Source of the DNA: Chloroflexota bacterium
GTDB taxonomy: Bacteria; Chloroflexota; Anaerolineae; Aggregatilineales; J027
NCBI GenBank assembly: GCA_003697365.1
Contig: RFGP01000056.1
Location: 463 to 64,462 of the forward strand
DNA: 64,000 nt
Reading direction: 5' to 3'
The position numbers and the translations under genes were made by a program. A model generated the notes under the pieces. The model saw nothing but the letters and a program-made list of their open reading frames with translations. It searched no databases and was not told where the DNA came from. Positions within the stretch are counted from its first letter, which is position 1; each line of letters begins with the position of its first letter. This document shows positions 10,782 through 20,895 of this stretch, one piece after another.

Positions 10782-11573
10782 CTAAGCAAAATTTTGAACT
10801 TTTTCGGCAGCAATTAAGATTCGTGAAATAGTGGGACTTTCCCCTATAGGCTGTAACGTTTTCGTATCAACAATATGCCGTATAGCAAAGCCACTTCGCT
10901 CCATTAACGAGTGAATAGTGCGTAATGGATAGCCACGCAGTACGTGGTGCTCTGCATAACGATTAAAGCCATTATCAGAACGTAGTATTAATGTATAATC
11001 TTGAGCTAAAGCAGATATATCATAATCAAAATTGTTTTCTACCACCAAGAATACATCCGCATTCTTAGCAAGCACTTGAGTTTGAGCACGTTCAACCATT
11101 TGAGAAAGGCCGTAAATCGTATGTAAATCAAACAAAAACATTCGCCCATCAACTAAAGCATAATTTGCACGACGAAAAACGCCTTCTAAATCCCTAGTAG
11201 TATTCACATGATTTAATACATCTAAGGCAAATACAAGATCATAAGTGCTTTGTATAGGTCGAAAAGTCCGAATATCTGCTTTCTCAAATTCGGCGTGTAC
11301 TTCCATATTTTCAAAGCGTTTTCTGGCAAAATCTAGCATAGCAGGACTAATATCCACGCCATGCACGCTAAATCCTAATTTCACAAAAAATTCTGCCGAA
11401 GCGCCCGTTCCACACCCAAACTCCAATACATTGCGCCCTAGCCAACCGTTCATTTGAATGAACTCTAAAAATTCAGGAGTACGAAGAGCAGCATATTGTG
11501 ATAAACCAACGGCATCATACACCGATGGCAAATAGGTATAAAAATTTTTCACCTCTAATTGTGTAGTACTCAT
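10782..11573 (-). CDS. class I SAM-dependent methyltransferase
   Basis: Motif I 'VLEFGCGTGASAEFF', 'VHGVDISP'. Confidence 0.7.
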   Translation of the reverse strand: MSTTQLEVKNFYTYLPSVYDAVGLSQYAALRTPEFLEFIQMNGWLGRNVLEFGCGTGASAEFFVKLGFSVHGVDISPAMLDFARKRFENMEVHAEFEKADIRTFRPIQSTYDLVFALDVLNHVNTTRDLEGVFRRANYALVDGRMFLFDLHTIYGLSQMVERAQTQVLAKNADVFLVVENNFDYDISALAQDYTLILRSDNGFNRYAEHHVLRGYPLRTIHSLMERSGFAIRHIVDTKTLQPIGESPTISRILIAAEKVQNFA

Positions 11574-11683
11574 GTGCCCACCTATCCCCTTGTTGTCTAA
11601 AATGAGCGTTGGTTCATCTACTAAACATCGTTACACTAAACATCAATATTTTTAAGAGTGATTCTACCACAGTGAGTAAAAAG

Positions 11684-12841
11684 ATGGAGTCAAAACAGCA
11701 TTGGCGTTCTGCGCTTTTTTTATGGTTGGGATGGTATCTTGCTCTAATAGCATTTCAACATATGATTTGGGTACGCTTTGATTTAGCCAAGCCAGATTAT
11801 GCCTATTCATGGACAAGTGAACTCACTGAAGGTGAGGTTGATGGCCCTTCAACAGGTGGATGGTTTCATGCCCGCTGGGATAGTTGGCGTTATGTTGAAA
11901 TTGCTCAACATGGCTACGCCGACATCTCATTAGCAACATTTTTTCCCGGTTATCCAATCTTAATGCGAACAGTTGATGAACTCATCTTACGCTGGCTTTG
12001 GCCAAATGCTAACTGGGATGATCGTATGGCATGGGCTGGTGTCATTGTTTCAGCAATAATGTCAGCACTCACCGCTGTTTTACTCTACATTTTTCTGCAG
12101 GAAAGATTAGACGCACAACATGCATGGCGGGGTACGTTCTATGCATTGATCTTCCCTACGGCGATGTTTATGGCCCAACTTTACACAGAATCCACATATA
12201 TGGCGATCAGTCTCCTAGCTCTTGTTTTGACCTATAGGCAAAAACTTTGGCTAGCTGGATTTGTAGCTGCATTTGCTGCCATTACACGCCCAACTGGTGT
12301 ATTGCTTTTTTTCCCGATGGCGACCATATGGCTTGATCATTGGTGGCGCGGAAAAGATTTACCACGCCATACCATTATCCCAATTAGTTTGCCTGTACTA
12401 ACTTTTTTTGGCTTCAACACATGGCTACAAGCGCAAGGACTAAATACCTTTGAAGCACAAGAAGACTTTGGGCGTTATTTTTTGCACCCACTAGCATTAT
12501 GTATCTTTGCGCAACAAATCGCTTGGTTAGGTACCAATGTGGTCGGATTTGTAGCTATTGGGCTTGATATTCTGCTAACGCTATTGGCTACCATACTCAG
12601 TATTTATGAATGGAAATGGCATCCGGGCTTGGCTTTATATGGACTAACTGCAGTTTGGTTACCACTAGGTACAGGACAACTCGTTAGCCAAAATCGATAT
12701 GTATTGATCGTCATTCCTATTTATATGATGCTTGCGCGTTGGGGCAAAAACGCTATTTTTGATCGTCTATGGACTATTGTTAGCTTACTACTCTTCAGCT
12801 TATACACCATTTTATACACGCAAGGTTTTTGGGCAGGATAA
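11684..12841 (+). CDS. polytopic membrane protein, putative GT-C glycosyl/mannosyltransferase (PIG-V-like motif)
   Basis: 'WDSWRYVEIAQHGY' resembles the loop motif of PIG-V-like bacterial membrane mannosyltransferases. Many TM helices. ATG 11684 preferred over TTG 11609. Confidence 0.5.
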   Translation: MESKQHWRSALFLWLGWYLALIAFQHMIWVRFDLAKPDYAYSWTSELTEGEVDGPSTGGWFHARWDSWRYVEIAQHGYADISLATFFPGYPILMRTVDELILRWLWPNANWDDRMAWAGVIVSAIMSALTAVLLYIFLQERLDAQHAWRGTFYALIFPTAMFMAQLYTESTYMAISLLALVLTYRQKLWLAGFVAAFAAITRPTGVLLFFPMATIWLDHWWRGKDLPRHTIIPISLPVLTFFGFNTWLQAQGLNTFEAQEDFGRYFLHPLALCIFAQQIAWLGTNVVGFVAIGLDILLTLLATILSIYEWKWHPGLALYGLTAVWLPLGTGQLVSQNRYVLIVIPIYMMLARWGKNAIFDRLWTIVSLLLFSLYTILYTQGFWAG

Positions 12842-12902
12842 ATTCGCAAGCTATAATCAAATAGCAATTTGATAAATACTCCAGAACACTCATGGACGAG
12901 AT

Positions 12903-13754
12903 ATGATGCAGCGTTATGATTTTAATCCAGCCAATGACGATAAACCAATTTTGCACTTAGCTCATGCGAATGGCTTTCCGCCGCAGGTTTATCACGACCT
13001 TATAGGATACTTTAGCGAAGAATATCATGCTATTTGCTTCCCTGCACGCCCTTTGTGGGAAAATCCCCCAGACTACCAAACATTTGATAATTGGCACATC
13101 ATGGCAGATGATTTGATCGCTGCTTTTGATCAAGAAGGCCTTAAAAATGTAGTGGGAATAGGTCATAGCATGGGAGGCACAGCCACACTATTAGCAGCGC
13201 TTAAGCGTCCTGACTTATTTTCAGCAATAATAGTATTAGACCCAGTTCTTTTTCCGCGAACACTCATTCGGTTGATGACCGTTATACCGCATTGGCTTCC
13301 TCACCCAGAAATCCCACTTGTGAAAGTTGCCTTGCGCCGCAAAAGAGCTTGGGCAACCCCTGAAGAAGCATTTGAACGCTTCCGTTCCCGCACATTATTC
13401 AAGCACTGGTCAGATGAGACAATTTGGCGATATATAGAAGGAATTACTCAACCCGATAGTATTAACGGCGGTATCACGCTACGTTATACACCAGAATGGG
13501 AAGCTCAAATTTACGCAACATCGATGTATTCCCTACGGGGATGGTGGAAATGGCTTAAACAGATACAGGTGCCCACAGCAGCCATTCAAGGTGGAAACAC
13601 TGACACATTCTTGCCTGCAGCAGTTTCTTTATGGCGTAAGACACGCCCTGATTTTCCAGTGGAAGTGTTAGAAGGGCAAGGGCACCTTTTCCCTATTGAT
13701 GCCCCTGCAGAGACTGCCCAAATGATCAAAGCACTACTCAAACGCCTAAAGTGA
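12903..13754 (+). CDS. alpha/beta hydrolase
   Basis: Oxyanion 'HANGF', nucleophile elbow 'GIGHSMGG', C-terminal 'GQGHLFP' (catalytic His context). Confidence 0.75.
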   Translation: MMQRYDFNPANDDKPILHLAHANGFPPQVYHDLIGYFSEEYHAICFPARPLWENPPDYQTFDNWHIMADDLIAAFDQEGLKNVVGIGHSMGGTATLLAALKRPDLFSAIIVLDPVLFPRTLIRLMTVIPHWLPHPEIPLVKVALRRKRAWATPEEAFERFRSRTLFKHWSDETIWRYIEGITQPDSINGGITLRYTPEWEAQIYATSMYSLRGWWKWLKQIQVPTAAIQGGNTDTFLPAAVSLWRKTRPDFPVEVLEGQGHLFPIDAPAETAQMIKALLKRLK

Positions 13755-16496
13755 TTCTGTCGCATAGGGGATCGTAAAAATAAAACGACTCCCCTTGCCA
13801 TATTCACTTTCAACCCATAATTTACCCCCCATCATCTCGACTAAGCGTCTTGAAATTGCCAAGCCTAAGCCTGTTCCTCCAAATTGTCTGGTGGTGCTAC
13901 CATCAGCTTGTCGAAATTCGTCAAAAATTATTTCTTGATGTTCGGGCTTGATGCCAATACCTGTATCGATAACGGTTACAATAGCGCATTGTTGCTCGTC
14001 ATCACGCTCAACGTTCACCGTCACACTACCTTCATCCGTAAATTTAACAGCATTGCTGAGTAGATTATTGATAATTTGACGCAAACGTAATCTATCTGCA
14101 TTCACCAAAACGGTGTGTGGTGGGTGTTCTAAAGTTAACAGCAAGTGCTTTTGATAGGCCTGAGCCTCAATCAACTGCAAGCACCCTGTAATTTCTTCTC
14201 GCAAATCCAAAGGTTGCAATGAAAGTTCCATACGCCCCGCATCAATTTTACTGAGATCGAGTAGATCATCTATTAAAGCAAGTAAATTACGGCCACTAGT
14301 CCGAATACGCTGTAGGCGATCTTGCTGACGTTCATTTAATTCTCCATACATACCTGTGAGCAACGTTTCAGAAAATCCCAAAATACTATTCATGGGTGTG
14401 CGTAATTCATGAGACATTTTGGCTAAAAACTCGCTTTTTAGACGATTGGCTTCTTCTAATTCTTTTGTGCGCTGTTGAAGTTCCTCAAAAAGTTGTGCAT
14501 TACGAATGCTAGTCGCAATTTGGCCAGCCATCGCGCTTACAAATTCAATCTCAGCTTCTGTAAAGTAGTGTGTTTTTTGTTTTGTATCTAACCCTAAAGA
14601 CCCGATAAACTGGTTCTGTACAATTAATGGAACAACCAACAAAGATTTAATCCCTAAACGGGATAATGCTTCGTAGTTGGGTTCTAGTATATCTTGCGCA
14701 GCGGCAAGATCATTCACTACTACCGATTGATGTGTATCGATCATTTGCTCATGCAAAGCGTAATCTTGCAATTGTAGTCGTGTGCCAATTGCGCCAATAA
14801 GTGGATATTCAGCTACAACAGTCCCTCTCTGACCATCCGCATCAAACAAAACAATGCCCGCATGATCAACTTCAGCGATAGTCTCCACTACGCTTTGGCA
14901 AGCTGAAATAAGTACCTGTTTAGTTGCTAGTTCGCTGCTAACCCGTTTGGCAATTTCTGACAAACCGCGAAACAAGCGTAAACGTATTAAATAATCAAAG
15001 TTTCTTAAAGCCGAAGCGATATGGCTACCTATTGCCGTTAAAAGACGTGCTTCATCGCTGCCAAATTTAGCGCGATTACGTGCTACAAGAATCACACCCA
15101 AAGGATCATCTTGAACACGTAAAGGAGCAACCAAGATATTTTCCAAATGAATATATTGCATCAACGCCACATCAGGCCCAGTCGAGAGATCGCCAGCGTT
15201 AATATATTGGGGATGCCCACTATTAAAAGCCAAAGCTAATAAGCTACGTGCTGCGTTCGCTGCAAACTGCGATTCAAACAGTTGAGCATCCACTCCAAAT
15301 CCTGTTTTCATTGGAATAAGTACATTATCTTGACGATCATAGGTGAAGATGACGATTGCTTCAGCAGAAAGCATTTCCTTTGTCAGGTTCAGAACATTTT
15401 CGATAGCCTCTTGAAAATCCATATGACGTGATGCAATTTCAGAGAGCTTAAGTAAAGATTGGCTCTCATTGAGATGATTACGCATTTCAATCAATAAACG
15501 CTGACTGTTAATCCCTAAAGCCACCTGATCTAAAGGAAATTGCAAATATTGAATACGCCTAGCAGTAAAAGATTGATGACGATAACGCAAAAGCAAAACG
15601 CCACCAATCACCTTATTACGAGCAGCGAGTGGCATTATGAGTAAACTAAATGGTAATCGTCCTAGTCCATCAATAGGCAACTCAGAATCACTATTAACCC
15701 CATTCAAAATAATTGGCTTTTGTGTGTTATGCATTAAGTTTAAAAGTTGGGTTGATATTAATTCTACATTTAAGTTGGGTTGATATTGTTCTTTATGCCA
15801 AGCAGCAATCCAATGTTCCGAGATGGACTCCCCTTCTACAACCATCACACAAGCATCAACATCCGCATACACTGCAATTATTTGCACTAATTGGGGTAGC
15901 TGTTCACGAATGGAACGTTCACCTGTTGCAATCCGCGATATTTCGTTGCGTAATAAAATATCGGAATGTGCATCTTGAAGCTCAAAATAATTAGCACGTA
16001 AACGGTTATAAAGACGTGAAGTATCGATCACAAGTGCAGCCTGATCAGCTAGCGCTTGCAAAATAGCAAGATGATCTTCGTTATAAGCGTTTTGCTTTCG
16101 ACTTTCGATGCTAAGCACCCCCAACAAACGTCGCCCATGTATAATTGGCACAGCTAATTCTGAAACAATATCAGGATCAAGCATTCGATAGCGCAAGTCT
16201 TGCCGAACATCAGGGATGTTAAGCGGCTCTTGAGACTGAGCTACGGTGCCAATAATTCCTTCTCCTAATCGTATAACTGGCATCTTTTCCTGATAGTATT
16301 CGGCATTGATACCTGCATAGAAAGGAATTAAAACCTCTGCGTCAGAATCCCACAAAGCCAAAATACTAACATCAAAAGGCAACAATCGTTGTACACTGCG
16401 CAATAATGTTGATAATAATTGTTGTGGCTCAATTGGGGTTTGCGTTTGTTCTTGTGCTTGAGTTTGCTCAATCATATTCATAAACCTAAAAATCAT
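13746..16496 (-). CDS. multi-GAF sensor histidine kinase
   Basis: Several GAF-like blocks, H-box 'MSHELRTPMNSILGF', 'LLSNAVKFT', 'DTGIGI', 'GTGLGLAISRRLVEMMGG'. 3' end overlaps the convergent hydrolase gene by 9 nt. Confidence 0.85.
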   Translation of the reverse strand: MIFRFMNMIEQTQAQEQTQTPIEPQQLLSTLLRSVQRLLPFDVSILALWDSDAEVLIPFYAGINAEYYQEKMPVIRLGEGIIGTVAQSQEPLNIPDVRQDLRYRMLDPDIVSELAVPIIHGRRLLGVLSIESRKQNAYNEDHLAILQALADQAALVIDTSRLYNRLRANYFELQDAHSDILLRNEISRIATGERSIREQLPQLVQIIAVYADVDACVMVVEGESISEHWIAAWHKEQYQPNLNVELISTQLLNLMHNTQKPIILNGVNSDSELPIDGLGRLPFSLLIMPLAARNKVIGGVLLLRYRHQSFTARRIQYLQFPLDQVALGINSQRLLIEMRNHLNESQSLLKLSEIASRHMDFQEAIENVLNLTKEMLSAEAIVIFTYDRQDNVLIPMKTGFGVDAQLFESQFAANAARSLLALAFNSGHPQYINAGDLSTGPDVALMQYIHLENILVAPLRVQDDPLGVILVARNRAKFGSDEARLLTAIGSHIASALRNFDYLIRLRLFRGLSEIAKRVSSELATKQVLISACQSVVETIAEVDHAGIVLFDADGQRGTVVAEYPLIGAIGTRLQLQDYALHEQMIDTHQSVVVNDLAAAQDILEPNYEALSRLGIKSLLVVPLIVQNQFIGSLGLDTKQKTHYFTEAEIEFVSAMAGQIATSIRNAQLFEELQQRTKELEEANRLKSEFLAKMSHELRTPMNSILGFSETLLTGMYGELNERQQDRLQRIRTSGRNLLALIDDLLDLSKIDAGRMELSLQPLDLREEITGCLQLIEAQAYQKHLLLTLEHPPHTVLVNADRLRLRQIINNLLSNAVKFTDEGSVTVNVERDDEQQCAIVTVIDTGIGIKPEHQEIIFDEFRQADGSTTRQFGGTGLGLAISRRLVEMMGGKLWVESEYGKGSRFIFTIPYATESL

Positions 16497-16658
16497 CTAG
16501 CTAAGCATCATAAAACAATAAGCCATGATAACCAACCTAAGAAAAGTAAATCCTAGCAATGTGTTTTTAAGAAAAATGCTAATTATCACTACAATATTAC
16601 AGAAATATCGTCTAAAACAAAGATTAGCACATAATACAAGCATAAAGGAAATCAAATC

Positions 16659-18077
16659 ATGACTGCAAAAATTGGAACAGCAGAAAATCCATTACGTGTT
16701 GCTATTATTGGTGCAGGGCCAGCAGGTTTTTACGCAGCAGAAGCATATCAAAAGCAAAAAGATTATGTGGTTCAGATTGATATGTTTGATCGTTTGCCAA
16801 CTCCTTATGGGCTTGTTCGCGGTGGTGTAGCCCCCGATCATCAGAAAATCAAATCTGTCACAAAAGTCTATGACCGTATTGCCACACAAGAAAATTTTCG
16901 TTTTTTTGGCAACGTCAACTTTGGCACAGACATTACTCATGATGATTTAGTAGCACACTATCATCAGATCGTTTATACAGTGGGAGCACAATCTGACCGA
17001 CAATTAGGCATACCGGGAGAAGACTTAGCAGGCAGTCATGCTGCAACTGAATTTGTCGCATGGTACAACGGCCACCCTGATTATCGTGATCGTGAATTTG
17101 ATCTTTCGCAAGAATCCGTTGTAATTGTTGGCGTTGGCAACGTTGCAATGGATGTAACCCGTATACTTGCCAGTTCTTATGAAGAACTTTATGAAACTGA
17201 TATTGCTGACTATGCCCTTGAAGCGCTCAAGAACAGTAAAATTAAGCGCATCTATGTTCTTGGTCGTCGTGGGCCTGCCCAAGCCGCCTTCACCAATCCA
17301 GAAATTAAAGAACTTGGTGAATTAGCTGAAGCTAACATTACAGTTCCACCAGAAGAAGCAGAACTAGACGAACTCAGTAAAAAAGAATTAGAAGCTAGTG
17401 AAGATCGCACACAAAGCCGCAACGTTGAAATCGTCCAAGAATACGCACAACGCCCCATTGATCCTAACAAGCCCAAAACAATCATTCTAAGATTTTTAGT
17501 CTCGCCTGTTGAAATTATTGGTAATGATCACGTTGAAGCCGTGAAAATCGTTAAAAATCAGCTCGTCGCTACAGAGCGCGGGTTGCGGCCAAAACCAACT
17601 GAGGAAACTGAAGTTATTCCTGCTGGGCTTATCTTTCGTTCGGTTGGCTATAGAGGCGTACCATTGGCAGGAGTGCCATTCCGTGAAGATTGGGGCATTA
17701 TCCCCAATGATAAAGGACGTGTCCAAGATTTAGAGACTGGAGAGGTAATTATTGGTGAATATACAGCTGGTTGGATCAAACGTGGCCCTAGCGGAGTAAT
17801 TGGCACCAATAAACCCGATGCTCAAGAAACTGTCAAAATGGCTCTAGAAGATGTTGCCTTAGGAAAAACTTTACAGCCAAGCCATCCCGATCCTGAATCT
17901 ATAGAAAAGCTCCTCGCCGAACGAAATATTCAATATGTAACTTATGCTGATTGGCAAATCTTAGATGAGATTGAGCGCAAACGTGGTGAAGCAGTTGGCC
18001 GTCCTCGCTTGAAGTTTACTCGTGTTGCCGATATGCTAGAAGCACTAGCAGCGCATAAGGCACAAGTAACGGAGTAA
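16659..18077 (+). CDS. NADPH:ferredoxin/adrenodoxin reductase-type flavoprotein (FprA-like)
   Basis: FAD GxGxxG 'VAIIGAGPAGFYAA', second dinucleotide site 'VVIVGVGNVAMD', 'YTAGWIKRGPSGVIGTNK'. This is the architecture of FprA/AdR-type reductases. Confidence 0.75.
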   Translation: MTAKIGTAENPLRVAIIGAGPAGFYAAEAYQKQKDYVVQIDMFDRLPTPYGLVRGGVAPDHQKIKSVTKVYDRIATQENFRFFGNVNFGTDITHDDLVAHYHQIVYTVGAQSDRQLGIPGEDLAGSHAATEFVAWYNGHPDYRDREFDLSQESVVIVGVGNVAMDVTRILASSYEELYETDIADYALEALKNSKIKRIYVLGRRGPAQAAFTNPEIKELGELAEANITVPPEEAELDELSKKELEASEDRTQSRNVEIVQEYAQRPIDPNKPKTIILRFLVSPVEIIGNDHVEAVKIVKNQLVATERGLRPKPTEETEVIPAGLIFRSVGYRGVPLAGVPFREDWGIIPNDKGRVQDLETGEVIIGEYTAGWIKRGPSGVIGTNKPDAQETVKMALEDVALGKTLQPSHPDPESIEKLLAERNIQYVTYADWQILDEIERKRGEAVGRPRLKFTRVADMLEALAAHKAQVTE

Positions 18078-18081
18078 AAAC

Positions 18082-18567
18082 ATGAGCCTTACCACTCGTA
18101 TTCAAGCTATTAAAGACAATCTAAATCAAAGTCAGCAATATCTAAACACGATCCTTGAACAAGTCGATAATCGTTGGGAAACCCCTGTATATAGTGATGG
18201 TGCAGCATGGAATGTCCGCCAATTACTGATTCATCTCAGCGTTGCTGATAAAGGAATGCTCGGTCAAATTCAAAGGATTGTTGCGGGTGAAGAAGGTGTG
18301 CCTGAAGATTTTGATCTAGAACGATATAATCGTCGTTCTGTTGAAAAACGTGAAACCATGACCGTTGAAGAAGCTCGTGCCGCCATTGAAAATGCCCATC
18401 AAGAGATTTTGCAATGGCTTGACAACATTGAAGATGAAAGTGTGCTTGATCTTGAGGGTCGTCATGGCTCGTTAAATATCATGACCATAGAACAAATCTT
18501 AATCATAATTGGCAATCACAAACGTGATCATGCTAAAGATATAGCCAAAGCGCTCAATATAGAATAG
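18082..18567 (+). CDS. DinB-family protein
   Basis: His-containing helices 'LLIHLSVADKG' and 'IGNHKRDHAKD' fit the DinB four-helix-bundle metal triad. Starts 4 nt after the upstream stop. Confidence 0.6.
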   Translation: MSLTTRIQAIKDNLNQSQQYLNTILEQVDNRWETPVYSDGAAWNVRQLLIHLSVADKGMLGQIQRIVAGEEGVPEDFDLERYNRRSVEKRETMTVEEARAAIENAHQEILQWLDNIEDESVLDLEGRHGSLNIMTIEQILIIIGNHKRDHAKDIAKALNIE

Positions 18568-18578
18568 AAGAGATGTTT

Positions 18579-18618
18579 CGCGCCCACACTGCATAAAACG
18601 TGGGCGTGTTTCATCGTT
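18579..18618 (+). terminator. intrinsic terminator after the DinB gene
   Basis: Stem cgcccac/gtgggcg (extendable by a G-U pair) followed by tgtttcatcgtttt. Confidence 0.5.
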
Positions 18619-19860
18619 TTAATGTATGGTAAAAAGCAAAACCGTTGTTGTTCCCAAACTTATGCGTGAATAATGTCGCAGCGGAAATGGTGAAAGTGGT
18701 TGAAGTGTTGTTGAATTCACCACTGTATGAAGCGTACTCCCTTGATCAATAATGAAGAAATCACCACTATCATCTTGAATAATATGCGCATGATTGCGTG
18801 AAACGTTACGATCCCCATTAAAGTTCAAATCGCGACTTAAACGGCCAATAGTAAATGGTGATTTCGTAATGGTTACTTCAGTCCCTACCATGCTCTCATC
18901 ACGTGATTGTTCTACCCGTAAATGCCCTGTTGGGCGCTTCACTGAGCCGGGCGAAAAAGTCTCGGCATCATCTAATTCTGAGGATGGAGCAGCATTTGTT
19001 GAGTATCCCGACATACTCGCTTCAGCAAAAGCCGTTGCAAATTCACTCGCCGTTGGATAACGCTCTTTGGGGTCTTTGGCCAGCGCCCGATGAATAACTG
19101 CAGACACTTTTGAGGGTATATCACGTTGTAACAAGTGCACATCTGGCGGGCGAACTTCGCAATGTTGTTGCATTAACTCGTAAGGGCTGCTGTCACTATC
19201 AAAGGGTAACTGCCCTGTTAGCAAGAAAAAAATAAGTATTCCTAAAGCGTATTGATCTGTGGCTGGTGAAAGCGGTTCATCGCGCCATTGTTCTGGTGCC
19301 ATATAAGCAGGTGTTCCCAAAATCATCCCTGCCCCAGTAAGTTTGCTAAGCGAACTGTCAAGTAACTTTACAAGCCCAAAATCAACTAGAAACGCATGAC
19401 CAGAGTCATCAAACATAACATTACTAGGTTTAATATCCCGATGAATAACATTGCGTGCATGAGCATAGTCAAGAGCACCAGCAATTTGTTGTAATAGCCG
19501 CGTGATCTCTTGTAAACTAGCACGAGGCCGCTTACCTAATAAAACTTGTTCGATATGATCAGACAAACTGCCCCCTGATAACAAACGCATAACAACATAG
19601 TTCATTCCATTTTCTGTACCATAGTCATAAATTGGGACAATATGGGGGTGTTCTAAAGAAGCCGATATTTCGGCTTCGCGATGAAACCGCTTCACTTGTT
19701 CCGGGCGATTTGCTTGAGAGTCTGAAAGAATTTTTACAGCGACATATCTCTTCAAACGGGGTTGAAACGCTCGATAAACAACCCCCATGCCACCCTTACC
19801 CAAAAATTCTTCTAGTTCATACTGACCAAGCGTACTACCCACGAGATTTTGAAAAGCCAT
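18619..19860 (-). CDS. Ser/Thr protein kinase with C-terminal FHA domain
   Basis: 'GKGGMGVVYRA', 'VAVKIL', 'HRDIKPSNV', 'DFG', 'APE'. C-terminal FHA: 'FTIGR', 'SRNHAHI'. Confidence 0.85.
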   Translation of the reverse strand: MAFQNLVGSTLGQYELEEFLGKGGMGVVYRAFQPRLKRYVAVKILSDSQANRPEQVKRFHREAEISASLEHPHIVPIYDYGTENGMNYVVMRLLSGGSLSDHIEQVLLGKRPRASLQEITRLLQQIAGALDYAHARNVIHRDIKPSNVMFDDSGHAFLVDFGLVKLLDSSLSKLTGAGMILGTPAYMAPEQWRDEPLSPATDQYALGILIFFLLTGQLPFDSDSSPYELMQQHCEVRPPDVHLLQRDIPSKVSAVIHRALAKDPKERYPTASEFATAFAEASMSGYSTNAAPSSELDDAETFSPGSVKRPTGHLRVEQSRDESMVGTEVTITKSPFTIGRLSRDLNFNGDRNVSRNHAHIIQDDSGDFFIIDQGSTLHTVVNSTTLQPLSPFPLRHYSRISLGTTTVLLFTIH

Positions 19861-19921
19861 TATTTCTAACCAGCCTCAATGCTTAAATGTTGTCTTTAGA
19901 AGTGTACAAAAACTTACCCTG

Positions 19922-20389
19922 TTATGGCAACTCTATAGAATGCATTTCTAGCCAAGGGATGCCATATCCAAAAAGTGCGCGCCCAGCAGTTGCTATTGCA
20001 TGAGTTTGTTGGGAGACATCTTGAAATTCCCACCATGCATCATCATTAGGCAACAGCTTAGCATCAAAAACATGCCACATAACCCATGATAACGTCTTTT
20101 CATCTTGATGTTCATATAAAGTTTTTGCACGTGCTATACGCCCTTGATTACGTAAAAGAGTTATTTGAAAACGAGACACAGGGCTTTGTCGAAATGCTAA
20201 AAGTTGCCATTCAACAAACCCATACACATCTTCTCCTAAATTTTCTAGCGGTTTTTGAAAACGAACAAGTCCACGCTGTTGCTGTAATTGATCTTGTTCT
20301 AAGTTATACCCTGCTGCATTTAATGCCTGACCAACAATAGTTAATATCATTTGCATAAAACGTCCTGTTTCTTCTATATTATAAAACAT
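19922..20389 (-). CDS. hypothetical protein
   Basis: 155-aa ORF between the kinase and the divergent receiver gene. No motif I recognise. Confidence 0.4.
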   Translation of the reverse strand: MFYNIEETGRFMQMILTIVGQALNAAGYNLEQDQLQQQRGLVRFQKPLENLGEDVYGFVEWQLLAFRQSPVSRFQITLLRNQGRIARAKTLYEHQDEKTLSWVMWHVFDAKLLPNDDAWWEFQDVSQQTHAIATAGRALFGYGIPWLEMHSIELP

Positions 20390-20498
20390 CTTGAACTCCT
20401 TAATCTGTATTGTTTAATAGTTGCAAGATAAAGCCTGTCAGTGCTACACTCAATAATGCATTCATGAACTGTTCACTATAACAAGGACGGAGCCCTTA

Positions 20499-20882
20499 AT
20501 GAAGCGCATTTTAGTGGTTGACGATGAAATGGGGGCACGTACCCTCATTGGTATTATGCTAGAACGTGGCGGTTTCGAGGTACTTAAGGCCCAAAATGGC
20601 CGAGAGGCACTTGAAATGTTAGATACAATTGAACCACCGGACATGTTTATTTTAGATGTCATGATGCCAGAAATTGATGGTATTCAATTGTGCCGTATGT
20701 TACGTGAGCGTGATGACACTAAAGCCATACCGATTCTAATCTTATCAGCACGTGGAGACGCTAAAAGTGTAATTCAAGGTATGGAGGCAGGCGCAACTGA
20801 TTATATATTAAAGCCGATCTTCCACCATAATTTAGTCGATAAAGTTCGCAGTTTGCTTAATATGGGAGCAACAGCCGAATAG
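20499..20882 (+). CDS. stand-alone response-regulator receiver (CheY-like)
   Basis: 'ILVVDDE', phospho-acceptor context 'FILDVMMPEIDG', 'ILSA', 'LKP'. Confidence 0.85.
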   Translation: MKRILVVDDEMGARTLIGIMLERGGFEVLKAQNGREALEMLDTIEPPDMFILDVMMPEIDGIQLCRMLRERDDTKAIPILILSARGDAKSVIQGMEAGATDYILKPIFHHNLVDKVRSLLNMGATAE

Positions 20883-20895
20883 GATACGCCCTTAA